Positions 9,739-17,960 of a stretch of 64,000 bases of DNA are shown here, piece by piece. Source of the stretch: a virus; IMG/VR virus record IMGVR_UViG_3300050821_002494, positions 5,247 to 69,246 of that record. The stretch is one strand, 5' to 3'. The notes beneath the pieces are model-generated. The model searched no databases, was not told where the DNA came from, and saw nothing but the letters and a program-made list of their open reading frames with translations. The position numbers were made by a program, and so were the translations under genes. Each line of letters opens with the position of its first letter. Within the stretch, counting starts at the first letter, position 1.

Positions 9739-10011
9739 CTACTTGACGCCTTTATCGCGAAAGCTGCCGCCCGAACCGGGCCAGCTATTTTCCTTGGTCG
9801 CCTCGCCGGCATACTTGCGGGCGAACTCGGCAGCAGAGAGGCCGGTGTCGCCACCAGTCTTCAAGCCGGTGTCGCGGCCACGGCCACCGTCGCGGAGATT
9901 GGCCGAGGCCTTGTCCCGCTTGTCGTTGCCGCTCGCTGACTTACGGCTCTCAACACCCCCAACGGGGTTCTTGGTCGGAAAACCCATGACTAGCTCCTGC
10001 CTCCGCGACAC
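9739..10011 (-). CDS. Small basic Gly-rich protein with LxxGG motifs (true start probably the internal Met of MGFPTK)
   Basis: LRDGG, LKTGG; AGGAG RBS before MGFPTK. Confidence 0.6.
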   Translation of the reverse strand: MSRRQELVMGFPTKNPVGGVESRKSASGNDKRDKASANLRDGGRGRDTGLKTGGDTGLSAAEFARKYAGEATKENSWPGSGGSFRDKGVK

Positions 10012-10298
10012 ATCTTGGCGAAGTGCGCGTCACTCGAATTGAACCCGTTCTCGCCACGTGAGCGTGACATCTTGGCGTCGTCGTGATAGTGGGCTACCTT
10101 GCCGCCGCGCCGGAAGGCGGCACCGGGAACCTGCGTCTGGAGGCCCTGCATCGGGCCCGCGCCGCCGCCGGGAATGCCGGAGGGCTGGCCGAGCGCGCCT
10201 GCGCGAGCTGCGCCGGCCGGATGGGGCATCACGCCCTTGGACGCCAAGCCCATATTGGGCGGACGACCTACGCGTGCGAAGACGTTTTTCCTAGCCAT
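9990..10298 (-). CDS. Small basic protein with FRRGGKV and MCRGG motifs
   Basis: AGGAG RBS; first gene after the 17-mer motif. Confidence 0.65.
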   Translation of the reverse strand: MARKNVFARVGRPPNMGLASKGVMPHPAGAARAGALGQPSGIPGGGAGPMQGLQTQVPGAAFRRGGKVAHYHDDAKMSRSRGENGFNSSDAHFAKMCRGGRS

Positions 10299-10314
10299 TC
10301 AAAAATACTCCTGA

Positions 10315-10331
10315 CATTTATCGTTGCATAT
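10315..10331 (-). promoter_or_regulatory. Putative late promoter/regulator site ATATGCAACGATAAATG
   Basis: Near-identical to 6638-6654. Confidence 0.55.
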
Positions 10332-10346
10332 TCCGGGGTCTGAAGT

Positions 10347-13118
10347 CTACTTCGCGGGCTTGGGCTTGGGCTTCGCTTTCGCGGCCGCGACCTTGGCCTC
10401 GTTGTTCTTGTCGGCGATCTCCAGCTTCACGGCGTTGTCCTCGCGTGTCTGCTGGAGGTCGGCGGCCGTCGTGTGGGCGGCGATGGCCTGCTTGCTGCCT
10501 TCGGCATCGGCCGCAGTTGCGGCTTGCGTCTGCTGGCCATGGATGGCGACGTGGGCGTTGACCATCCCGGCCTCGGCTTCTGCGTCCGCATTCGACTGGT
10601 CGACGACGGCCTTACGCTCGGCCTCCTCCGATTTCTGCTGGAGTTCACCCTGCGCGATGCCGTCCTTGTGCTGCAGCTCGGCCTGCTTAAGCTCGGTCGT
10701 GTCGGCCTGATCCTTCGCAGCGAGGGCGTTCTTCTGCTGGCTGTCCTGCGACTTGTGCTGCAGGTCGGCCTGATCCTTCGCGGCCTTGGCCTTGTCGGCC
10801 TCGGTCTGGCGCTCGACGTCCTTCATCGCGACGATGGAGGGGTCCATCGGCTGCGGGGGCTGCAGCTGCTTCAGCAGCGCCTGTGCCTTCTGGATAGTCT
10901 GAAGGATGGGCGACAGCTCCTGCTTGGCGTGGTTCATCACGGCCGGAGTGAGAATTGCCATAAGGCGGTCGAGCTGCACCTCAAGGCCGGAGACGGTCTC
11001 CAGCGCATCGACGGTTATGCGGGGGTCGTGGAGCTTCTGACGCAGGACTTCGTTCATCGAGAGCTTCATGGCGTTGTCATACCACAACGCTAGATGCTCC
11101 CCAAGGTGCGCGATGAGCGGCGGTAGCAGCTTCATGGCCACGATCTGATTGGAGCCGAAGATGGGGCTGTCGATGAATGCAGAGTGCTGCGCGAGGTGGG
11201 CCTCGTGGTCCTGACCCGGGTAGGCCTTGATCGGCAAACCCATCGCGGCGGCGACGTTCTCGCTGGCGGCTGTCATCTGCGTAGGCTCGGGAGCGTCGGA
11301 GAGGAACTGCTCGGGGTCCGGCACCTTCGCGTTGCGCATCAGGAACAGCTCTACCTCGCGGGCCTTGTAGAGCGGGATGCCGGCGGTGGTGTAGACCTGT
11401 GCGCGGTTGGCGACGAGCTGCGCACCCGCCATACGCTGCGCGTCTGTGAAGATGTTGGGGTCAGAGACCGGCACCACAGTCATCGGGCCCTTGAAGTCGT
11501 CCTTCGTGACGACAAGCTCGCCGAAGTCGTCGACGATCTGCTCGTCTTCGACTGTGTGCTGATTGATGTACCAGAGCTGATTGAGGAAGCGGCGCAGCGC
11601 GCGGTGCTGGCGGCCATAGATCGAGCCGAAGGTTGTGAGGCCCTGCTCGATCATCATGTTGGCGGTGCCGACCGGCATCTCGCCATTCATCTTGTTGAAC
11701 TCGTCGAAGGTGGTGCGGACGACGCCCTTGCCTGCGTCAACGAGGAAGCCCAGCAGCTGGAACAGGACCGTATTCGGCTCTGGGAACGGCAGCGGCATGT
11801 AGGTCTTGCGGATGTCGGGGTCCTGCGCGAGCGAGCCCTGAACCTCAGTAGTCTGGGCGGGGTTCACGCGGATATTCTGGCCGCCAACCGTCGTGCCGCC
11901 CTTGAGCTTCACACCCGTCTGCATGCAGTTGAGGAAGGCGGCGTCGAGTAGGGCGCGCAGCGCACCAGATGCGGCACCAGAGAGGCCGCCAATCATGCGG
12001 CCGAAGCCGATGGGGTAGCCGCCGCGCCACGGAATGAAGGGCCACTCGATCAGGAAGTCGAGGCGGAAGTAGTTGGGGTCGCCCTCCTTCCAGTTGCGGT
12101 AGATCGCGAGCACCTTCTGCGTCTGCTCGTCGATGGTCAGCAGGTACGGCAGCACCTTGGTGTCCTCCTCGATGTCGCTCTCTGGATCGAGCGCCATGCG
12201 GGTGGAAATCTCGTAGACGGTGCGGTTCTCGTCGATGTTCTGGATCGGCTGGTTCTGACCGATGATGCGGTCGTTGGCGGTCTCGGCGTCCGTCAGCTCC
12301 AGCATGTCGTGCGACGTCTCGGGATTGAGCGCATCGAGCCAGAGGCCGCTCTCGACGTTGTCGCGGAATGTGTGCTTGTCGACCAGCATCTCGTGGGTGA
12401 TGCGGTTCTGCGTGTAGAAGTCTCCGTCACCCCACGGGCGGTGGACCTTATCGGAGAACACAACCTCAAGAGCGGGCTTGCCGTCGCCGACAACCATCTT
12501 GGTGTAGAAGGCGCCGGAGAGGGCCTCCTGCGGCAGGCCGACCTCGATCTCGTTGTAGGCCGACTGCATCTGCTGCGTCAGCTGCCAATTCATGTAGCGG
12601 GCGACGCGGTCACCCTGTGAGGTCTTGTCGTTGGTGTACTTGCCGACCACGACCGCCGACTTGACTGGACCGCCAGCCGGCAGCAGCTCGCGCACGACAC
12701 GCGCCGAATAGTCGACGATGGCCTCGGTGAGCATGGGATGGACGGCGCGGGAGGCGCCGCTGAAGGGCGCGCCACCGGGCGCGTCGTCACCTAGCCCGGT
12801 GCGTCGAAGGGCGTCCTCGTAGTGCTTATCGGACTTCTTGTGGGCCTCGATGTCGATGTCGACCATATCGAGATAGTCCATCGCGATGGCGGTCAGGCGC
12901 TCTGGCGACAGGAACTCAGCGAGGTTCTCGGCGTGGTCGTCTTCTGCGGCGTCTTCGCTCTTGTTGGGCTCATCGACGATGGTCATCGAGCCGTCGTCGT
13001 TCAGCGTGAGCGTAGAGCCCTCTGGCTCGGCCGGCTTGATGCGGGAGGCGGGATCGGAAAGTGTCTCGGCGTAGGGATCGGATGCGGTGGCGTCGCGGCC
13101 TTCACGAATATCTGACAT
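10347..13118 (-). CDS. Portal protein with long coiled-coil C-terminal extension
   Basis: PFSGASRAVHPML, YMNWQL, VLAIYRNW, PVSDPN, AYPGQDHEAH motifs; downstream of terminase. Confidence 0.88.
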   Translation of the reverse strand: MSDIREGRDATASDPYAETLSDPASRIKPAEPEGSTLTLNDDGSMTIVDEPNKSEDAAEDDHAENLAEFLSPERLTAIAMDYLDMVDIDIEAHKKSDKHYEDALRRTGLGDDAPGGAPFSGASRAVHPMLTEAIVDYSARVVRELLPAGGPVKSAVVVGKYTNDKTSQGDRVARYMNWQLTQQMQSAYNEIEVGLPQEALSGAFYTKMVVGDGKPALEVVFSDKVHRPWGDGDFYTQNRITHEMLVDKHTFRDNVESGLWLDALNPETSHDMLELTDAETANDRIIGQNQPIQNIDENRTVYEISTRMALDPESDIEEDTKVLPYLLTIDEQTQKVLAIYRNWKEGDPNYFRLDFLIEWPFIPWRGGYPIGFGRMIGGLSGAASGALRALLDAAFLNCMQTGVKLKGGTTVGGQNIRVNPAQTTEVQGSLAQDPDIRKTYMPLPFPEPNTVLFQLLGFLVDAGKGVVRTTFDEFNKMNGEMPVGTANMMIEQGLTTFGSIYGRQHRALRRFLNQLWYINQHTVEDEQIVDDFGELVVTKDDFKGPMTVVPVSDPNIFTDAQRMAGAQLVANRAQVYTTAGIPLYKAREVELFLMRNAKVPDPEQFLSDAPEPTQMTAASENVAAAMGLPIKAYPGQDHEAHLAQHSAFIDSPIFGSNQIVAMKLLPPLIAHLGEHLALWYDNAMKLSMNEVLRQKLHDPRITVDALETVSGLEVQLDRLMAILTPAVMNHAKQELSPILQTIQKAQALLKQLQPPQPMDPSIVAMKDVERQTEADKAKAAKDQADLQHKSQDSQQKNALAAKDQADTTELKQAELQHKDGIAQGELQQKSEEAERKAVVDQSNADAEAEAGMVNAHVAIHGQQTQAATAADAEGSKQAIAAHTTAADLQQTREDNAVKLEIADKNNEAKVAAAKAKPKPKPAK

Positions 13119-13126
13119 GCGCTACC

Positions 13127-16100
13127 TTAAAACTGCGATAGGTGATGCAGATCGAGGTCGTCGTCGATCCTACTCTTCAATGGTACCACATTGCCGCCTC
13201 TTGCGTAGAATTGGCTCACGCGGTGCAGATCGAGGTCGCCATCAACCCGGCCGCCCTTGGCGAACGGGGGCTGCCACGAGCCGGCGCCGCCGATACGGCC
13301 CTGCAGCAGCAAGTCGCGGGCCTCCTCGGGGTGGATACCGAGCTTGTCGGCGGTGTCCTTCATGTAGTCCGAGATCATCTCCAGCTTCGAGGGCCCGATG
13401 TAGCGCACGCCCGTCTGTGGGCCGCCGAGGTTCCACAGCATCGCCTGCGCGTCGCGGGGTCGGAGGTCAGTCGCATCAGCGACGTGCTTGTTGAACCACG
13501 GCACGATGTCGCTGTACTCAGTCAGTGACGGTACTCCGTTGCGCACCGACTTCGTGGAGGCGGTGGCGACATCCGGGTAGCCGAGGATGCGATTGAAGTG
13601 GCTATCGGCCACAGGGCGCGCGGAGTAGGGGTCCCTCGGATCGGTCGCGGCGGCGTAGGTCGGTACCTTGTGGATACCCTCGCCCGGCCAAAGTCTGCCT
13701 GAAGTTTCGTTGTCCAGCAAACCCGGCACTTGAGCGCTCTCGTGATAACTGTGACCCTTCAGGTCCCGCAAATCGTGCGGAAACCAGTCGCCGCGATCCT
13801 CGTCTTTAACACCGCCGTACTTTACGAAGTCTTCTAGGCGGCCCTCGTTGGCTAGCCAGTTAGCGTGGAAGCCGCGATTGATCTCTGTACGAGGGTCACT
13901 GCCGGCAGACATCACGGCCATTCGGTTGTTGAGATTACTCATGCCACGGTCGCCGAGACCAAGATCGTTCATGCGATCCCACAGCGGAGACATCTCGTAC
14001 CAAGAACGAGTGCGAGCTAGCTCTGGGTCCTTCAATCCCTCACCAAGCATGTCGACGAGACGTCCCGCGTTCTTGGGGAGCAGAACCCGGGGACTTGTCT
14101 TGGCCGTACCACTCAGATTGACGGGATGACGCGGCCCAAGTAAAGGTTGAATGCTATCGAGGTCGCGGTTGCCCTGCGCTAAGTCGTCTAGGCTCTCTCG
14201 GGTGTGGCCGAAGAGCTGATACATGGGGCCCTCTTTGCCGGGGTCCTCAACAAGATGGCGCCGTGCCTCAGATGCAATAACGTCTGGGTCTTTGTAGATG
14301 CCGGGGAAGCTCTCACGCACGGGGTTCTTGAGGAAACGCTTCGCGAGCTTCAGCGCGACGTCGCCGCCTTCGCGGTAGCCGGGTCGTCGCAGAAAGTCGT
14401 CGGCGGTATCGTAGCCCATCGCCTTCGGATATTCTTTAAGCAAGTCCTGCAGAGGCACGCCACCAGAGGCCGTACCGGCTGGGTCCATAGATACATCGAG
14501 ACCGAAGCGACGGGAGAGGGCGTCGTTTATCATGGCGGCGTAGCCGGAGTGGTCCGCCTCATTCATCCCGAGGGTGTTGTTGGCTTTCTGCATCAGGTCA
14601 CGGCTCTCGCGAGTGGGTATATTGCGATTGACCCAATTTACGGCGCCACCTACGTCCGACTTATCGCCCTGCTGTTGCAGCAACACCCGCACGTCAGGCG
14701 AGCCGGCACCTTCAATCAGCGATGAGAACGAGGGGCCAAGTCGGCCTAGAAGCGACAAGTCAGCCGGAGACGGATACACCATGCCGGGCGTGCCCGTCTC
14801 CTTCATAAACTTCGCGCCGGTCTTGGCGTTTATGTTGCGATTGTTCAAATGAGACGCGATGGGCATATTAGAGATGACCGGATGCGGATGCGCGATGAAG
14901 AACGGCTTGCGCTGTGTCGCTAGGGCGATCAAAGTGGCGGCATCGTCGCCCTTAATAGAGGTCTCGGTCTGTCGGCCCTTTACGAAGCCAACATTCTCTG
15001 GGTCGTAGTCTGGTGTGCCCCACGACGACGCCTCGCGCCCCGTCTTCTCTGCGTGAGCGCGAACCTTCGCGGCTGCGGCCTCACCAGCGGGGCCAAGCCT
15101 CTCACTTACCAAATTGCTCAGCCACTTTATTGGGCCGCCTGCAACCACGCCGCCGTCGGCGTAGCCGGGGCCGTAGGTTTCCGGGACGCGCAGTGGCTCG
15201 CCAGTGCCACCGACATCAATCGAGTTGAAATTGTTCAAATCGAAGATCGCCTTCTGATTAGCGGCGCGGCCGATGTGAGCTATTTCTTGTTCATCAGGAC
15301 CAACCTTAGATACATCTAAATATACGTTGTGGCTCTCTGGATCATGCCACGCCCCCAAGTGATGTCCCGGATCGCGCAACAAATCGTAGTTGCCCATCTG
15401 ATACTTCCACAACTCTTCGGCTGTAACTTTATCGGCGGGCAATATCTTACTGCGCTCTGGATAAGGCGAAACGGCGTAGCCACCAGACGGCTCATGCGGT
15501 TCATGGAATGGCTGATAGGTAAACCCGCCATCGGGTTTCTTGAGCCGGTCCACAAGCGCCTTAAATGCGGGCTTCACAGTTCGCTCTATCACCTTGCCAC
15601 CATCGGCGTATGGCTCGCTGTAGATCGGACGTGGTAGACGGGGCTGGGTCTCCATTTTACCGCTACTGGTGCTGAATGCCCCATAGCCTTCCGGCACAAC
15701 TAGTTGGCCGGACCCGTGAGGGAAATACTTTTGCATCAACCAGTCAGTATGCTCTTCAGGGTCCATCGACTTCCAATCGAATGGACGTTGATTGGCACGC
15801 AGCTGCACCAAAGAGCGATCATCGCCCATGCGATCCATAGCCATCATGCGATGTCGGCCTTCGTGCTGGATCACATTCGTCAGATCATCGTTGGTGCGAC
15901 CTATAGCCAACTCGGGCGCCGCATACATGCCCTTTGTGTCGAGCAGATCACGCATTTTGTCTAGGTACCAATCCTGCGTCTGCTGATCTTTTGGCACGCG
16001 GCCCACACCCGGCACATTGTGAGCCCTCGGATATGGAGCACTGGCCGCTACATTAGGCGGAATTCGGTTAGCGTAGTCTTGAAAATCGGAGGGCGGCATG

Positions 16101-16795
16101 CTCACGAACAAGCTGTTATCACGAGGATTGAACATCGACTTCAGTCCCTCGGGATGTATGCGTTCGAGGTTCGTCTCGTCGGCGGCACGCTCCATACGGG
16201 AGGCTTGGTAGTCGCCGAACTTGTTTGCGACAGAGCGGATAATCTTGGAGACCTTGCCGCCGTCGGCGTAGCCCTGTTCGCGCCAGCCGAACATGCGCTC
16301 GGCGGCCTCGGGGGTCTTCATCAGGCCGCGCACAAGGGGCGTGGCGGCGCCAGCGAGCAGCTTCTGGCCGCCCTCCATGCCGGGGATCATGTTGGCGGTG
16401 GTGCTGAGGGCGTCAGCAAATTGGCCGGGCAGGCCGTACTTGTCACCAAGCTCGTGATTGGGGGCCGCGAGGTCGGCGGCGGCGCGCGCAATCTTGTCGG
16501 CGTCGTAGATGTTGTTCTCGCCTTGACTGGCGGCACCTGCGGAGTTGTCGAGGCGGCTCAGCGCCTCCATGCCATAGCTGAGGGGATTGAAGCCGTGGAC
16601 ATCACGGAGGCGGTCCCACTCCTCGCTGCGCTCGGGGACGTGGGTGGCGTGGCGGCTCTCGCGCAGGGCGGCGCGTTCGGCGGGCGTGCGAGAGATGCGG
16701 CCCTCGGCATCGCCGGATCGCTGATCGATGGCGTCGTCGAGATGCTTGGCGTAGATGCCGTGCAGCTGGGAGACATCAGGCAGGAGGTCAGACAT
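13127..16795 (-). CDS. 1222-aa multi-module (polyvalent/polyprotein-like) protein: ParB-like, SAM-lyase-like, JAB-like, HhH-like modules separated by [YF]xxGG
   Basis: HEGRHR; GGFT..GAWHD..YLDVS..QKAIFD; E..HPH..SPAD; WY..S..K..DSH..Y..QAMLW; six [YF]xxGGxV motifs. Confidence 0.75.
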   Translation of the reverse strand: MSDLLPDVSQLHGIYAKHLDDAIDQRSGDAEGRISRTPAERAALRESRHATHVPERSEEWDRLRDVHGFNPLSYGMEALSRLDNSAGAASQGENNIYDADKIARAAADLAAPNHELGDKYGLPGQFADALSTTANMIPGMEGGQKLLAGAATPLVRGLMKTPEAAERMFGWREQGYADGGKVSKIIRSVANKFGDYQASRMERAADETNLERIHPEGLKSMFNPRDNSLFVSMPPSDFQDYANRIPPNVAASAPYPRAHNVPGVGRVPKDQQTQDWYLDKMRDLLDTKGMYAAPELAIGRTNDDLTNVIQHEGRHRMMAMDRMGDDRSLVQLRANQRPFDWKSMDPEEHTDWLMQKYFPHGSGQLVVPEGYGAFSTSSGKMETQPRLPRPIYSEPYADGGKVIERTVKPAFKALVDRLKKPDGGFTYQPFHEPHEPSGGYAVSPYPERSKILPADKVTAEELWKYQMGNYDLLRDPGHHLGAWHDPESHNVYLDVSKVGPDEQEIAHIGRAANQKAIFDLNNFNSIDVGGTGEPLRVPETYGPGYADGGVVAGGPIKWLSNLVSERLGPAGEAAAAKVRAHAEKTGREASSWGTPDYDPENVGFVKGRQTETSIKGDDAATLIALATQRKPFFIAHPHPVISNMPIASHLNNRNINAKTGAKFMKETGTPGMVYPSPADLSLLGRLGPSFSSLIEGAGSPDVRVLLQQQGDKSDVGGAVNWVNRNIPTRESRDLMQKANNTLGMNEADHSGYAAMINDALSRRFGLDVSMDPAGTASGGVPLQDLLKEYPKAMGYDTADDFLRRPGYREGGDVALKLAKRFLKNPVRESFPGIYKDPDVIASEARRHLVEDPGKEGPMYQLFGHTRESLDDLAQGNRDLDSIQPLLGPRHPVNLSGTAKTSPRVLLPKNAGRLVDMLGEGLKDPELARTRSWYEMSPLWDRMNDLGLGDRGMSNLNNRMAVMSAGSDPRTEINRGFHANWLANEGRLEDFVKYGGVKDEDRGDWFPHDLRDLKGHSYHESAQVPGLLDNETSGRLWPGEGIHKVPTYAAATDPRDPYSARPVADSHFNRILGYPDVATASTKSVRNGVPSLTEYSDIVPWFNKHVADATDLRPRDAQAMLWNLGGPQTGVRYIGPSKLEMISDYMKDTADKLGIHPEEARDLLLQGRIGGAGSWQPPFAKGGRVDGDLDLHRVSQFYARGGNVVPLKSRIDDDLDLHHLSQF

Positions 16796-16843
16796 TCAGG
16801 GCACTCAGGAAGGGCTTAGAGGACCCTTCCAGCGTACCATAAT

Positions 16844-17548
16844 TTAGGCCTTCGGAGCTATCTGCTTGATGTAGCGAGCGATGCCTTGGCCGGCAGCAAT
16901 CATGGCCTCACGGCGCCGCTTGTCCTCGACTGCCTTAGCGAGGCGGTCGTAGATTGTGAAGTCGTGGGCGTAGCTGGAGACGGCGGCTGCGATGGCCTCG
17001 CTGTCGTTGTAGCGCAGCGTCCCGGTCGTGTAGTCGTCAATGTGTGAGATCAGGCGGGACGGCTTGTCGAAGCCGACGCGGTCGGCGCAGAAGAACTCCC
17101 ACACGAGGCGGCAGAGAGACTTCTTGCTGTCGTGAACGCCGCAGACCTTACCCAGCGACGCCATCGTCTCGATGCCGAAGGGCTGCGTGCGCTTCCAGTT
17201 GCGGTACGGCAGCGGCGCGAAGGGCTGCGTATCGCATCGCATGAACGTCAGCAGAGACTTGCCGAACGTGCCAGCCGGGAAGCCGTCGTCACAAATTGAA
17301 ATCCAGTTGCGGCCAAGGATTTCCTTGGGCTCGGGCTGGAATATCATCTCTGCGCCCTTGTTGACGAACTCGACAGGGATTTGGTCTCGTCTGGCGATCT
17401 GCGAAACAATCCAAGCAGCAGTAAAGCCATCCATACTATCAGGATAAGATACGAGAAGGACGTCAGTCGGATTAGGCTCCACAGGACCCTGAAGACTAGG
17501 GCGCGGAGCAGGAGCGTCCGAAGTAAGCGCACTGTGGCGGTCCTCCAT
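16844..17548 (-). CDS. Degenerate DHH-family phosphoesterase homologue
   Basis: DGFTAAW, SLCRLVWEFF, LISHIDD match phage DHH proteins; DHH triad and DHHA1 domain not visible. Confidence 0.5.
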   Translation of the reverse strand: MEDRHSALTSDAPAPRPSLQGPVEPNPTDVLLVSYPDSMDGFTAAWIVSQIARRDQIPVEFVNKGAEMIFQPEPKEILGRNWISICDDGFPAGTFGKSLLTFMRCDTQPFAPLPYRNWKRTQPFGIETMASLGKVCGVHDSKKSLCRLVWEFFCADRVGFDKPSRLISHIDDYTTGTLRYNDSEAIAAAVSSYAHDFTIYDRLAKAVEDKRRREAMIAAGQGIARYIKQIAPKA

Positions 17549-17549
17549 T

Positions 17550-17912
17550 TTAGTACTCCTCCTGCTTGTCGTCGGTGCCGCCGATGCCGGCGAAGGGGTC
17601 GGGCTTGGGCGTAGGCGGCGTGGGTTCTGCGACGAATGGCACGACGTGGGGGTTCACGATCTCGCATCGGACAGGCGGCTGGTCGGGCTGCGTGAGATGG
17701 AACTGCGAGGCGATCAGCTCGAAGGCCTCACTCACCTCGAAGGGGCTCTCGGTCGCCAACCCCTCGATCAGGTGGAGGATGGCCTCCCTGTAGATGCGGT
17801 TGCGGGCGCGACGCGGCTTGCTGAGGTGCTCGTCGTCACTCAGACGCGAGATATTGCGGCGGACGTGGTCATCGAATTCCCACGCATTGTCGATTGCTGA
17901 TGGATTGAACAT
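17550..17912 (-). CDS. Hypothetical protein
   Basis: AGGAGG RBS, own upstream promoter. Confidence 0.65.
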   Translation of the reverse strand: MFNPSAIDNAWEFDDHVRRNISRLSDDEHLSKPRRARNRIYREAILHLIEGLATESPFEVSEAFELIASQFHLTQPDQPPVRCEIVNPHVVPFVAEPTPPTPKPDPFAGIGGTDDKQEEY

Positions 17913-17930
17913 TTGGGAGCCTCCTATGCC

Positions 17931-17960
17931 ATGGTAGGCCTAGCCGTATGGATTAGTCAA
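17931..17960 (-). promoter_or_regulatory. Promoter TTGACT-N18-TACCAT
   Basis: Same architecture at 27909-27938, 43635-43664, 53011-53040. Confidence 0.6.
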
